The notes below the pieces were generated by a model. The model was not told the DNA's origin. It ran no database searches and worked only from the letters and a program-made list of their open reading frames with translations. Positions 1-12,873 of a stretch of DNA of 64,000 bases are shown here, piece by piece. Both the position numbers and the translations under genes were made by a program. Each line of letters begins with the position of its first letter. Positions within the stretch are counted from its first letter, which is position 1. Origin of the DNA: Enoplolaimus lenunculus (taxonomy: Eukaryota); contig JASANG010002509.1 in assembly GCA_030248215.1 (NCBI GenBank), positions 186,001-250,000 on the forward strand, written 5' to 3'.

Positions 1-192
1 CCGGGAATAGGCTTTTCCGGACTGCACAAACTGAGTCAAATTTCAACTGGGCCAGAGTCAAATTCGACTCAGCCGAGTCGCTGATTGTGTCAAATTTGAC
101 TCTGGCGGAGTCGAATTTGCGACTCAGTTTGTGTTAGTAAGGAAAAACCTATTTCGGGAAGCGTCAATTTGATTCACCATTTTTTGCAGTGC
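1..192. mobile_element. Palindromic MITE family P (CACTGCAAAAAATGG TIR), truncated by the window edge
   Basis: Right end CACCATTTTTTGCAGTG; TGAGTC/GACTC-rich interior matches the copy at 25352. Confidence 0.8.
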
Positions 193-467
193 AGACACCG
201 TTTCCCAACGTCTAACGAACAAAAGTAGGCTCTTCTCGGCCGGTTAATCATTACGCGAAACATTTTGCAAACTCGCATAAACTTTGGGACAGTAAAGTGT
301 TTCACAAAAGTTTCGGGCCTGAATCTAAATCAAGATATTAAATCAAACCGTAACTTTTAATTAAATTTCCAATCATTTTAATTCGAAAGTCGAAAGTGCC
401 AAGGATCACAACTGGCAACTGGTATTTGGTCAAAGTGATGTGAAACCGAGTTTTTCTTGCAATATTA

Positions 468-670
468 CGCTGCAAAAAATGGTGAGTCTAATGAACTCTC
501 TCGGAAATAGGATCACTGTGCAAACTGAGTCAAATTCGACTCCGACAGAGTCAAATTCAACGTACTAAGTCGCACGTTTGACACCGGCGGAGTCGAATTT
601 GACACAGTTTGTGTTCTTCCGTAGAGCCTATTTCGGAGGGAGTCAATTTGACTCACCATTTTTTGCAGGG
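468..670. mobile_element. MITE family P
   Basis: ta|cgctgcaaaaaatggtgagtc ... gactcaccattttttgcaggg|ta. Confidence 0.85.
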
Positions 671-993
671 TAGTAATGTTATTGTTTCATTTAAAGTGGT
701 GTTGAGTGTAGTTAGCATCACAGCTTGTTTTATTTGGATTGTCTAGGTATTATGTCGACAGTAAAAATAGTCAGTAGACAAGTCAGGGGAAGATTTGTAG
801 TGAAGACAGGGTAAATATTCCTTGAATACAAAATTATATTGGAGCTGTCTATAATTCCGTCGGTCTGGGGTCAGAGGGAACACTTCCTTGTAGACTTAAG
901 CTTATCTTTACAATCCAAAAAAATGGCTGCAAATTTTAATTTACCTAAATTAATTTTTGTAAATAAAAATACAGTGTCGTATCAAATTACTGA

Positions 994-1221
994 AGCCTCA
1001 TTCACACGTGCAAGTTTTTGTAGCGTGAATTCGATGCTTTAAAATTTGCAAGTTTCCATTTTTGCAACAAAACTGGCAGCTGCTACTTGCAACGCTAAAA
1101 TTTCGCTGCGAAACTTGCAAGTGTAAGTTGCAGCTGAAAGTTCTTCCTATCAAAAAGTTGCACGTATACAAATTGCAGCTGCGAGTTCTTGATGCAAAAA
1201 CTTGCACATGTGAATGCGTCT
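994..1221. mobile_element. MITE family R (AGCCCTATTCACACGTGCAAG TIR, possibly Harbinger-like)
   Basis: Inverted ends cattcacacgtgcaagtttttg / caaaaacttgcacatgtgaatg; TTGCA-rich interior. Confidence 0.75.
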
Positions 1222-1471
1222 TTAGGTTACAGACCAGCTGTTTATGTTAAATCAGTGAAAACGGAACTATAGAGGCATGGTGGATGTAGATTTTCTGCGA
1301 GGGTCAACTACATTGTGACGCCCCTTTACAAAATTTAACCTGTGGCAATTTCTTTCCATCTGTTCCCGGTGTCGCCACACCTCTGCGGAATGATTTCTAG
1401 GATCGATATTCCTTTAACAACCGGACCGACGTGCACTGCAAATTACGCTGTTATGGTAGGCAAGTTTAGTT

Positions 1472-1786
1472 AAATCAAGAGTGGATAATCACTATTTAAC
1501 AAGAGTGTGCGACTGGGTACATTCTGTGTAGAAAAGAATGTACCCGGTAGTCGTTGCGTTTTTGCCGTACCCCCTTTATTTTGAGGGGGTACAACCGGTG
1601 CGGAAAATACACTTTATGTGCGGTGTCATACATGCCCCCCTATAGTTTAATTTAGGTGTATTCATGTGATAGCGACACCCCTCTAAACAAGGGGGGTCGG
1701 CCAAAAACCCAACGCCTTGTGATACATTTTGTACCATGCGGAACCGCAAGAGTTGCACACTCTGGTCATTATCCGTTCTTGGTTAA
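1472..1786. mobile_element. TIR element (CAAGAGTGGATAA ends); related copy at about 20920-21124 in opposite orientation
   Basis: aatcaagagtggataa ... ttatccgttcttggtt; shared core gggtacattctgtgtagaaaa also seen inverted at about 21050-21080. Confidence 0.55.
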
Positions 1787-2502
1787 ACTAGTGCCAATGC
1801 TGAACTAAATTTTTTTGTCTGCTAGAAACATCTGAAAATTCATAGAAACTATTTTTCTCTAAAAGACAATCTAATTAATCATTAATCCCGTGAACGGTTA
1901 CTTTTGTATGAGACATAAAAGCCAGGTGCTGGAGTTACCGGTTGAATGATGTACATTTCTCTAAAACGCCCTCGGCATTCGTAAATTGTGAAGGATTTAA
2001 AAGCGGAAGATGTTAGCTGAATTTTTCCGCTGTATCTTCAACCAGCTAAAATGACTGAACGCAAGCTGGAACAAAAGTTTTCATTGTATTAACGTGTAGT
2101 CGGTTTTTTCGCAGATCTACTGTTACGCGCCTTTAAAAGTAAAATTGGTCACTTAAAAAAATTATTGTTTTCGTGGCGAACGCTTTTCGTATTATTTGAA
2201 AAATCCAAATTTAACTGAATTCGAACTACAATATTTGTTGTGCGTTTCTTGTCGTAGAATTATGCAATACTGGCAAACTGTCGTTCAAGTCAACTCAAGA
2301 TTAAACATTTTGCTCACTAACCAAACTCGTTAGCGCTAATTGTCATCGAAGGCTATTTGCATCGTTTCCTGTTTACCAAAAATCAGGCACCATTTTATGC
2401 TAACGAATAAGCTTCATTGAACTTTACATAATAAAACCATATTTTACGCATGGTTTAAACCTCGATATGTAGCACACCTGAATTCATTTTGTTCGACAGC
2501 CT

Positions 2503-2727
2503 GGCCCATGTAAAGATCAGCGGCGGAACGTTTTTCTGTGGGACTAGAAAAGAGTAAGCTTAAGCTTTAGACTAATTTTTTGCTTGGCTTAGGCTTAGGC
2601 TTAGGCTTAGGCTTAGGCTTAGGCTTAAGAATATGCTCAATCTTACGTTTAAGCTTAGGCTTAGGCTTAGGCTTAGGCTTAGGAATATGCTTATAATACT
2701 GTTCTGCCTGTGTTCTTTACATTGGCC
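2503..2727 (+). mobile_element. Telomere-repeat MITE, subfamily A
   Basis: ggcccatgtaaagatcag ... gttctttacattggcc with internal (TTAGGC)n. Confidence 0.85.
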
Positions 2728-2925
2728 CTTAGGGTGAACGAATGCACCAGAAAATGGATTGCTTCGAGTTTATCTATTGTCTTCCTCGTCAAAAATTTTA
2801 AAAATTTACTATGCGGTGTGCAGTTATTGTCAGATTACGAGCGGTATTGTCAATCATGTATAGCATCTAACGCTAATTACTAAGCGAACTTGAAATTTCT
2901 TATTTTTAGCAGATAAACATTTTTC

Positions 2926-3104
2926 GGCCCATGTTACTTTACGGGGCGTCCAGGATTCTGGTGGGTCTATAAAAGTGTAGGTTTAGAGTCTAGATTACAT
3001 TTTTTTGCTTAGGCTTAGGCTTAGGAACACACTTTTACAACACTTAGGCTTAGGCTTAGCAATACGCTTAATCTACTGTTACGCGCCTAATAGTAACATT
3101 GGTG
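2926..3104 (+). mobile_element. Telomere-repeat MITE, subfamily B
   Basis: ggcccatgttacttta ... agtaacattgg; internal TTAGGC. Confidence 0.75.
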
Positions 3105-3417
3105 GCCCATCTGTCAAAGCGCCTCTTGTCAAACTTCTATCGTTTTTTATTCAAACCTTTAGCAGGGCCTAGGCCTGACGGCATATCACCAACTAGTGAT
3201 AACTGTTTCACACGGTTGAAAATATAGCAAATTCGGGTTATAGAACATTTTAGTTCATTTCACTGCAAAATGCTAAAACGGCGACTCGAGTGGTAAACAA
3301 TGCTTCAACGTAAACATTGACATTTTGGTTGTGCGCAAATATATTTTTACAAATTTCGGTGACAAATATTAATTTTATTACTTTATATGACCTTAGAGGA
3401 AACGTGATAACGGTCAT

Positions 3418-3601
3418 AGCCAATGTTACTTTTAGGGCCGTAACAGTAGATTAAGCGTATTCTTAAGCCTAAGCCTTAGCGTTGCAAAAGCCTATTCCTA
3501 AGCCTAAACCTAAGCCTAAGCAAACAATATAGTCTAGCATGTAAGCCAGCTCTTTTAGAGATCCACCAGAACTCGGGATGCCCCTAAAAGCAATATAAGC
3601 C
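3418..3601 (-). mobile_element. Telomere-repeat MITE, subfamily B
   Basis: agccaatgttactttt start, GCCTAA tracts, TSD acggtcat/acggtgat. Confidence 0.75.
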
Positions 3602-4118
3602 ACGGTGATTATCTTTAACTCTTTAACCGAGCCACCAACCCAAGATTCTTTTGATTATATGATTTTTAATGTTCAGCTGAGTCTGCGGCAACATAATAGT
3701 CGACCGTTGTACGCTTCCACACACGTGTTTAGATTCATTCATTAACAAAATGCTTATTTAAACTTATGTTGTTGCTTAAGCCTAAAGCCTGAGTCTACGC
3801 GTTACGCTATACTCGCCGTGTCGGCCGCTCTGCGCGTTACCAATTTTGACTAAAAATTATCGCCGTCAGCCGCGTTCCTACGCATACCACCAGAGACATT
3901 TCGGGTACAAAATTTTTCAGCAACGCATAGCGGCGTGCACAGGGCACGCGGCTACGTCCGGTTCCGGCACAGTAAAGTATAGCGTAAACCCTAAGTCGTT
4001 AACGTTAAATGTGATGAGACTGAGTGAAAGAACCATAATAGTTTGGCAAATTTGAATTTTAGATCAAAGGTGCATTACTTTAACGGTCACAGAAACTTAC
4101 TTACTTATTGTAGAAATA

Positions 4119-7100
4119 ATGACACGTAATGATACGTTTACCAGCTCTTCATATTGTGTTCGATCTGTATTCCCAACGTCATATTCAAGTATAAATGGAA
4201 CTTCATTCATGAATTCAGTCGATAACCGGTATATATTTCCGTGTATGTTCGTCATTGGAGTATGCGGTAATTTAGTAAATTTGACCGTTTTATCCAGCCG
4301 CCGTATGAGATCAAAGACCAACGCGGTGCTTGCGGCGATGGCCGCTGCTGATTTAGCGTATTTTATCATTTTGATGCCGGATAAAATCCGCCTTTATCGG
4401 CCGTTGCGTCAGTCGTTCGGGTATTTTGTGTTCTGGATCCACGCGAACAAATATCTTCTCGCGTTCGCGAATTGGTTTTCAGCTGCATCGATATGGTAAG
4501 TGATTGAGCGCCGGTGATACAAGGAGCAAACCCGTGAAAAGTGTTTAAAGTAGCGTTTTGTTTACGTCACAATTTCGAAAAAAATTGTGTTACTGTTTTC
4601 AAAAGAACTAATTAAGCTAATAGTAACTATGGTATTCCAGGTCAAAACTGACATTTTCATTTTTGTAGACTGATGCCGTTGGCAAAGAAAAAATATCTGG
4701 TACAGGTTAAATTTGTGGAATCATACATTTTTTACTCTAAACCGCACGGATGGACGTATTTTAAGTCCCTTGTTTACCCTTGTAAAGTTAGGTGAACGTC
4801 TTTAACAGTTGTCGCTTCTGCCCAGCCCGACCCAGTGAAAACATACGCTCAAAGCTGTATTTACGAAAGGCATAGACTCGAACCTGGCCTGTCTATCTCG
4901 ACCGACCAAACGAAGACATACACTCGAAACTGTCCTGGCTCTTCCGACCGACCCAGCGAAAACATTTGCTCGAAGCTGTCTCGAAATGTTTCGACCCAAC
5001 CCGCAAAAACATACGCCCAAAAGTTAACAGTTGAACTCTTTAACAGTATATATGTGCTCTTCATGTTAATTTTATTGCAGGTTAACCGTAATCGTGACAA
5101 CTGAACGCTTTGTCGCTGTCCGATATCCGCTAAAAGCTCGTAATTTCTTACTTCGATCGCGTCTTATTGCGATAATTTTGCTTGTATACCTAGTGACCCT
5201 ATCGTTCAACGGATACTTATTCACTGGACCGTATACGGTACAACAACGAAGAGTTTGCTGGCCGGACAGGGTAGTAAACAATGGACCAACAGTTCCAAAT
5301 ATAACCTATAGGCTAATTTTTCACACAAGTCATAGACGGACGTTTATTGCGAAATATTTTCACGTATCTCTTGTTGCTTCTGTTTTTCTGGTTGTATTAA
5401 TCCCATTGGCTGTTATTACGACGTTGAATTCGTTTTTGATTGCAAGTTTGATTATGACTCGGCGAATACAAAACGAACTGACCAACGGTAATGCGATATT
5501 TAGTTGTTCAGGCATACTTGTTACACTACTTCGGAACCTAGAAGATTAATAAACCTAAGCCTAAGCCAACATCTGACAATTTGTAAAACTGTTGATGGAA
5601 AGTGTACAAGAGCTGTTAGTAATTTTCAAATTAAATATCAAATTTAATTAATGGGTTTTCTATTTGTGATTTGACAACGGAGTTTTCGAACAGTTAAGAA
5701 ATTCAGCACCTAAATGTTTCAGTAAATTAGACTGCATTGTTTTAAATCTTAAGTCCTATTCACACGTGCAAGTTTTTGCTTCGTTTAGCTGCAGCTGCAA
5801 ATTGCACGCAGAACTTGGATTTTTTTTCATCAGCCAATGAGAAAGTGGTCGCAATAAATTCAGGATTTTTTTCATCAGCCAATGAGAAAGTGGTCGCAAT
5901 AAATTCAGGATTTTTTTCATCAGCCAATGAGAAAGTGGTCGCAATAAATTCAGGATTTTTTTCATCAGCCAATGAGAAAGTGGTCGCAATAAATTCAGGA
6001 TTTTTTTCATCAGCCAATGAGAAAGTGGTCGCAATAAATTCATTGAAGTTGCATGGTTATTCACAAATGTGAACTAAATTCGTAGTTATGATTTTTAATG
6101 AATTATTTGCAGTTGCAAGATTTTCGAACAGGTGATTGCGGCCATCATACGGTTGCTTAATATGACTGGATAGTAAGACAAGTAAATTAATTTGAAAAAT
6201 TCTTTTTTTGTCCAAATATTAATAATTTGTCATTTCAGGTCGAACGATCGAAGAAAACCGTGCAACACGAATGGTCGTTTTTATAACGTGCGCGTTCATC
6301 ACCCTCAACCTACCATCAGCGTTGGTGTATCTGATCGATTGGATACACAACTTTCGCGTCCGCTCAATCCCAGGGTTCTACTCAACGCTGGTTCCAATTT
6401 CGAACATTTTTGTTTCGCTTGGTAAAACAATCAACTTTATCATTTACTGTTCAGCGTCCCAAAAATTCCGACACTACATTCGGCGTGGGCAGTGTTTCAG
6501 AGCGTGCCGTAACTTTGGCGAAAGTCGAGTTTCGGGCAACTTATCATCAAATCATGCCGCAATTATTGCCGGGGTACATGATAAACGCAAGACAGCTCCA
6601 TTGCGGAACAGTGACCCTAAATACGGTTATATTAAGTTATGCCCGTATTTATTTATGCGTCACCGTGATAATGAGTCGAATTCCGCCAGGCGAACCGTTA
6701 GTTCAACCGTAGCAATTACTAACAGTTCAATAGCAACTAAACGAAATTCAAGTTTTGATGATGGTACAAGTCGTAGAATACCGGTCGCTTCTCAGAAGCA
6801 GTGTTCATTTTGTCGGTATAGCGCACAGTTTAAAGCCCAAACCCGTTGGCATACTCCGGTTTCGTTGTTGAAACAATCGTCACAAACTGATCAGATAAGA
6901 TCTGGTAGCAATCGCGAGCTCCCGAGCATCAAAGTCGATTCAGAATTGAATCAACGAATCGAATACGACAAGGACTGTTCGCAAAATGATTTAGGGACTA
7001 ATTTGGCTGGTACGAAACAGCAAATACCTTCAGGGGCGTCGGCTAAATATTTCAAACGAACTAAAAAAGCACAACCCAACAACAGCTCGGAAACTGTTAG

Positions 7101-7281
7101 TCTGATTCATGGTGGAGTGTCCGTTGAAATTTTTGACGGCGACGATGCTGTGTTGAGGAAATGCCGCAGTCGAAAAGACAATCACAGCAATACACAAGCG
7201 TTGGTGTCTAAGCCAGCGAACGGGCGGTTTGCAAATGTTATGAAGATAACGTTGCAAGGTTCGAAAAACACAATGGTATAA
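4119..7281 (+). CDS. Class A 7TM neuropeptide receptor, FMRFamide-receptor-like, about 608 aa; exons 4119-4495, 5081-5487, 6239-7281
   Basis: TM1 GNLVNLTVL, TM2 LAAMAAAD, TM3 SIWLTVIVTTERFVAVRYPL, TM6 [14 protein letters not shown]7 SLGKTINFIIY. Introns TG|gtaag..ttgcag|G (phase 2) and G|gtaatg..tttcag|GT (phase 1) join in frame; the CDS totals 1827 nt. An acceptor ttgtag at 4113 just before the ATG suggests a UTR exon or trans-splice site. Confidence 0.9.
5752..6130. mobile_element. MITE family R fragment in GPCR1 intron 2 carrying a 5 x 45-bp tandem array (about 5817-6042)
   Basis: Left TIR agtcctattcacacgtgcaag; unit ggattttttttcatcagccaatgagaaagtggtcgcaataaattca, period 45. Confidence 0.85.
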
Positions 7282-7631
7282 CCCTTTCTTACATAGAGTT
7301 GACTATGGGCAACTCAGCGCAGTGTATATACGTTATATAATATATCGCACAGTGTTTAATAATTGCAACACGTATACATAGTACTAAATCACCACAAGAC
7401 GTGACTCGGGTTCAAGCGTCAAGCTCCTATAGCTGAGTGGTGATGGTGTACGCCTCCCACTCCAGTCACTGGAGTTAGAACCCTAGCATAAAAGTAGGTC
7501 TCAGATGAAATAGAAAATATATATGTGATAAAGGGTTAAGGGTCAAATAAAGGTCAAAATAAAATTGTAATATTTAATAACGCAACCGCCAAAATCTGGC
7601 TACTGTAATTTAGAATATTAGCATGCTTACA

Positions 7632-7882
7632 CACTGTAAATTTCAGCGAGTTGATTTTAACTCAGTGTGAGTTGAATTAATTCAGAATTCTGAACTCTGA
7701 ATTAGGTGTTTCAGAACTCAGAATTCAGAATTGAGTGAACTCATTCTGAGTTAATTAATCAACTAACCCAGAACGAAGTCAGCTCCGAGTGATTTAATGT
7801 TTCCTGTTATTAACTCAGCAATAACCAGAAAACACTAATTCTCTCTATGAGTTGATTAATCAACTCATCGGAATTTACAGTG
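7632..7882. mobile_element. MITE family Q (CACTGTAAATT TIR, AACTC/GAGTT-rich)
   Basis: cactgtaaatttcagcgagttgatt ... aatcaactcatcggaatttacagtg; other copies at 28307 and 32587. Confidence 0.8.
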
Positions 7883-8063
7883 CGTGCAGAGTACTTAACG
7901 GTAAAATTAGGCGTTGTTAATATACCTCAATTTTAATGATTTTAGCGTATGTTTCCGCGTAAATCAGGCGCGCGTTATACTTTCGTTTACTTTGCCTATG
8001 ATATAATAAAGTAGACTATGAAATTATTCGCATTTATACTTCAACAAAGTATTTAACGATCGG

Positions 8064-9210
8064 TATACTTTTGTTGACGTCCGGCGCCGTCCGATCGATA
8101 CGGTACATAAATAACTCACGTACGATAAACGTATGGTGACGGACCGTGACGGACGGCGCCGTACAGGCGACGTACGGTGACGGAGGGCGCCGTACAGGTG
8201 ACGTACGGTGACGGACGGCGCCGTACAGGTGACGGACAGTGACGGACGGCGCCGTACAAGTGACGTACGGTGACGGACGGCGCCGTAGAGGTGAGGTACG
8301 GTGACGGACGGCGCCGTACAGGTTACGGACAGTGACCGCGCCGTACAGGTGACGGACAGTGACGGACGGCGCCGTACAAGTGACGTACGGTGACGGACGG
8401 CGCCGTACAAGTGACGTACGGTGACGGACGGCGCCGTACAAGTGACGTACGGTGACGGACGGCGCCGTAGAGGTGTGACGACGGTGACAGGTACGGTGAC
8501 GGACGGCGCCGTACAGGTGACGGACAAACCACAAGTGACGTACGGTGACGGACGGCGCCGTAGAGGTGTGACGTACGGTGACGGACGGCGCCGTACAGGT
8601 GACGTACGGTGACGGACGGCGCCGTACAAGTGACGTACGGTGACGGACGGCGCCGTACAAGTGACGTACGGTGACGGACGGCGCCGTAGAGGTGTGACGT
8701 ACGGTGACGGACGGCGCCGTACAGGTGACGGACAGTGACGGACGGCGCCGTACAGGTGACGGACAGTGACGGACGGCGCCGTACAAGTGACGTACGGTGA
8801 CGGACGGCGCCGTAGAGGTGTGACGTACGGTGACGGACGGCGCCGTACAGGTGACGGACAGTGACGGACGGCGCCGTACAAGTGACGTACGGGACGGACG
8901 GCGCCTTACATGTGACGGACAGTGACGGACGGCGCCGTAGAGGTGTGACGTACGGTGACGGACGGCGCCGTACAGGTGAGGTACGGTGACGGACGGCGCC
9001 GTACAGGTGACGTACGGTGACGGACGGCGCCGTAGAGGTGAGGTACGGTGACGGACGGCGCCGTACAGGTGACGGACAGTGACGGACGGCGCCGTACAAG
9101 TGACGTACGGTGACGGACGGCGCCGTAGAGGTGAGGTACGGTGACGGACGGCGCCGTACGGGTGACGTACGGTGACGGACGGCGCCGGACGTCAAGTATA
9201 GCTCAACCCT
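8064..9210. repeat. CpG-rich minisatellite (31-33-bp unit GTGACGTACGGTGACGGACGGCGCCGTACAG, about 33 units) inside a TIR element
   Basis: Array 8135-9190; inverted ends ttgacgtccggcgccgtccg / cggacggcgccggacgtcaa followed by gtatagctcaaccc. Confidence 0.92.
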
Positions 9211-9644
9211 TTTCTGTTCATTTAATAATTATATTTTGTACATATGAAGAATAACCTATTATGTTGTTATTTCTTTGATAAAATTTTACAGTTCGTCTTC
9301 CCAGCGCCACCTGATCCTTCGCTATTGCCACCAGTCTCCTCAGCAACCCATCGAAAGGCGGTTGGTTTTAAAGCAACATTTTTCATCTACTCGAGGTTTT
9401 TCATGGATCGGACCGTATATCATCTGAAATTTCACAAGGCGAAAAAACATCTAGCGTTCAGTATTGAAATTTACCGAAAACACAATTATTTTGGCTTAAA
9501 AATTCAAATTTAAATGAGAGTCGACACCATCCGCTGCGCCTGTGAACGGGTTGTGCGGGGTATAAACAAAAATCGACATATTTTCGCTTCGCACTGTTTA
9601 TAGGTAAATTTTAAGACACTTTATTAGTCACTTCTTTCTGTTAT

Positions 9645-9645
9645 C

Positions 9646-9696
<51 letters not shown>

Positions 9697-9708
9697 CATC
9701 ATCATCAC
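9645..9708. repeat. (AAT)n/(CAT)n microsatellite
   Basis: Direct reading. Confidence 0.9.
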
Positions 9709-10026
9709 CACGTTTTGGCATTCAATTTTTGAGCCAACATTCATCTCTTAATAATTCGCAACTTTCATAAATATTGTATGAATATTATTTTGTCATATCA
9801 GGTTCGTTTTGTCCATTGAAATGGTTTGTCAGTGCAAATTTAGCTCTTTTTCAAGCATACATTTTCGCGACCAGGAACAGCCAAAATAGGCAGTTGGAGA
9901 AAATTTTGCAACCGCAGTGGCTCTTGCGTACCCACCCCCGCCAGTTTACGACAGTTTCAGCAGTTAACATAAAACTTGGCTTAGGATTCGGAATACGATT
10001 AGGCATACCATGGCTGTTGTTGTTTT

Positions 10027-10234
10027 GCGCATGTATTGACCAGGGCCGGATCGTTTTCTGGAGGGGCTATAATAGAGTCAGTTTAAGCTTTAGACTAATT
10101 TTTTTGCTTAGGCTTAGGCTTAGGCTTAGCCTTAGGCTTAGGAATAGGTTCATTCATACGCTTCGGCTTAGGCTTAGGCTTAGGCTTAGGAATTTGCTTA
10201 TACTACTGTTCCGGTCCTGTTCTACACATGGGCC
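10027..10234 (+). mobile_element. Telomere-repeat MITE, subfamily C
   Basis: TIRs catgtattgaccagggccgga / tccggtcctgttctacacatgggcc; TSD gttgtttt on both sides. Confidence 0.8.
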
Positions 10235-11011
10235 GTTGTTTTCAAGTAAATTCGAACGACTATGATGCTTATGACGTTTATTCAAACTTTTGGGCTGGTT
10301 GCAAAGAACCGTCCTCAACACAGTTGGTCCTTGTTCCAATGATTTACTTTTGGCTCAGCCTAAATTAGAATAAACCCGTCTCTCAAGACTGAACATTTTA
10401 ACGTCCACAATAAAACCCTTCCTACTAAACCTCAGTCGAAATTTCGAGACAATCAACGGAACTAAATTCAACATCTGACCGACTCAAGTCTCTGGAGAGT
10501 TATATTCGAAAATTTTAGATTAGTATAAACTATCTGAAAATAGATTTTAATTCTAATCGAACGCTTGAAACCTTTAACAATTTTATGGGGTCAAGTTTTG
10601 TCGGTGGTGCATCCAATAGTGCACCCGGACCAGGGCGTCCAAACAGTGGTCAAAAGTAAAATTTGGCATTTAAATGATTTAAGTAGTCAAATTGTGCTTG
10701 GTTTTTCGGTCGATTTTCTCGTGTGCTATTTTTCATTATTGTACATCTTGTACGCCCTGACAGTCTGGCTCTGTCGGTTGATTTTGTTGCAGTTTGCCCT
10801 GTAACGGTTTTTAATTTGTCAGTACCCAACGCAATAATTTGCATCAATGCATGCGGCTGGCCCAAGGGTAGATTTAAACTAAATTTAGCTACGCTTGAGC
10901 CAATCTATAAAACTTGGACGACAGAATTAAACAGCTTTCTACTTTGCTTCTAGGCGTGGATTTATCGCAGGTTTGGGTTTTGTTTTTTTTTGCCTAAATC
11001 GAATCACACAT

Positions 11012-11322
11012 ACTGTAGTGACTCGAATAAGAGGAGGGGTGGCTTGATATTTATTTGGCTTCTCCAAAGGGTACCCCCTGTTATTCGGTTACGGACTGTT
11101 ATTTATTTTCAACCCGCCTTCCGCCTCGCTTCGTTACTGATATATATCCGGTATTGCAACTATCCGTTGAATTAAACGTTTTGGCTTTGCATCCAAAGCT
11201 TGAGCGATAATGCAAGGTTATACTTAGGAATGCACTTCGAAAACTTAAGTATGCTTTAAAGTTTCGACCACAACTTTATTTGGTCCTGGTGTAATTTATG
11301 CGCTACAATTGGAGAAACTGAC
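11012..11322. mobile_element. MITE family S (CTGTAGTGACCCGAATAAGAGG TIR, TA TSD), truncated where a telomere-repeat MITE begins
   Basis: ta|ctgtagtgactcgaataagagg; colinear with the complete copy 40454-40883. Confidence 0.8.
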
Positions 11323-11325
11323 ATT

Positions 11326-11520
11326 GGCCCATGTAAAGATCGGGGGCGGAACGTTTTTCTGCGGGAAAGAGTAAGCTTAAGCTTTCGACTAACATTTTTG
11401 CTTGGTTTAGGCGTTGGTTTAGACTTAGCAATATGCTCATTCTACGTTTAGGCTTAGGCTTAGACTTAGGCTTAGGAATATGCTTATAATACTTTTCAGT
11501 CGCTGTTCTTTACATTGACC
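11326..11520 (+). mobile_element. Telomere-repeat MITE, subfamily A
   Basis: ggcccatgtaaagatc ... ctgttctttacattgacc. Confidence 0.8.
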
Positions 11521-12350
11521 TTTTAATCTAACAAGGAACAAAAAAAGTGTAATAACACCTGAAAAGATATTGAAACATTACAATTGCGACTGCAACAGGT
11601 TTGTATCTTTTCCGACAGGGCACGAACGGATATTACCGCTACGAACAACTTCGACCCCCAGGCAGTTAAATTTACAGGGCCCAAAATTTTTTTCTTAATT
11701 TCTTCTGAATTCTATAAAATTCCTCCGGTTCAACGTCTTGTTGTCATATGGTAAGTGCCACATGGTGACCATCACAATACAGCCAGAAACAGCTTGCTGG
11801 CTCAGGTTTACCTCGTTAATACCAGCTGCTGCTGGGACGGAAGGGGCAGCAGAGAGAAACCGATCAGTTACAATGCATAAGGTTCAAAATTTTAATTAAC
11901 TCGCAACATTTCAATGTCTCTCGCGGGTTTATGGTTTGATCGCGTAAACCGTTGCTGAAGCATTTATTTTACCGTGTATACGCAATTATGAACCTGACTC
12001 AAGGGTGCTGCAAGATAAGCGTTTGAGATCCGCTCTAAATTTTCAAAGCTTCAAATTTTGTATTTAAAATTTAAAATTAATATTTGCGTTTGGCATCTGG
12101 TTCGCTTCGCTCGTGAGGTTTTTTTCACTATTGAGGGTATCAGTAGGTGGCCTCTGTCGTTTAATTGTACTCCGGTTCGAGTTTGACCTGGGTTTAAATT
12201 TTAGTCTAAAACGAGAGCTAGAACATTTCAATGGTGCTTAGATTAATATTAATAATTTCTGGCAGATCGTAATGTATTCATTGAAAGTACCAGAATCAAT
12301 TCAAGCATTGTACAAATTTATTTCAGTTAAGTATTCGACCATTATTTTAA

Positions 12351-12873
12351 ACCCCTGTTCACACGTGCAAGGTTTTGCAGCGAGAACTTACAGCTGCAAA
12401 TTGCGCACGCAGAGCTTGCATTTTTCATCAGCCACACACAGAAAAGTATTTCTGAATTTATTCACGAAAGTATTTTCTGTGGCAAATCTGACAATTTTTT
12501 CTGATATTTAAGACAATTTTTGCAAAAATAACTGGAAACCGTTTATTTTCAGACTTAATTTCGAAACTTTTCTGAAATCATTTCTGTTATATTAGAAATA
12601 CTTTGCAAGTGCACCTTGCTAATTATATTTCTTAAATGTAAGAAATTTTTTCTTAAATATCAGAAATATTATTTTGAGTGCATTGAGAAAGCGGCTGCAA
12701 TAAATTCAATGAACTTGCACGGTTATTCACACATGTGAACTAAATTCCTAGCTGCGATTATTAATGAATTATTTGCAGCTGTAAGTTTTTGAAAGGGATT
12801 TTGGACAAAAGTTGCAAGTGCAAGTTGCATCTGCAAGTTCTCATAGCAAACACTTGCACGTGTGAATAGGGCT
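12351..12873. mobile_element. MITE family R, complete, with a nested element at about 12435-12680
   Basis: cccctgttcacacgtgcaag ... cttgcacgtgtgaatagggc; nested cacacagaaaagtatttctga ... tcagaaatattattttgagtg splits the cagcca/ttgagaaag segment. Confidence 0.8.

Noticed and set aside
5816..6042. CRISPR-like regular repeats (also 16798-17140)
   Set aside because: Head-to-tail identical units with no unique spacers, no cas genes, and a eukaryotic context.
7423..7490. tRNA-like sequence (A-box TAGCTGAGTGG, degenerate B-box GTTAGAACC)
   Set aside because: No convincing cloverleaf or acceptor stem; at most a decayed tRNA-derived SINE. tRNAscan-SE would settle it.
8024..9195. Long ORFs of 250-290 aa
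   Set aside because: Stop-free translations of the minisatellite in several frames; no coding signal.
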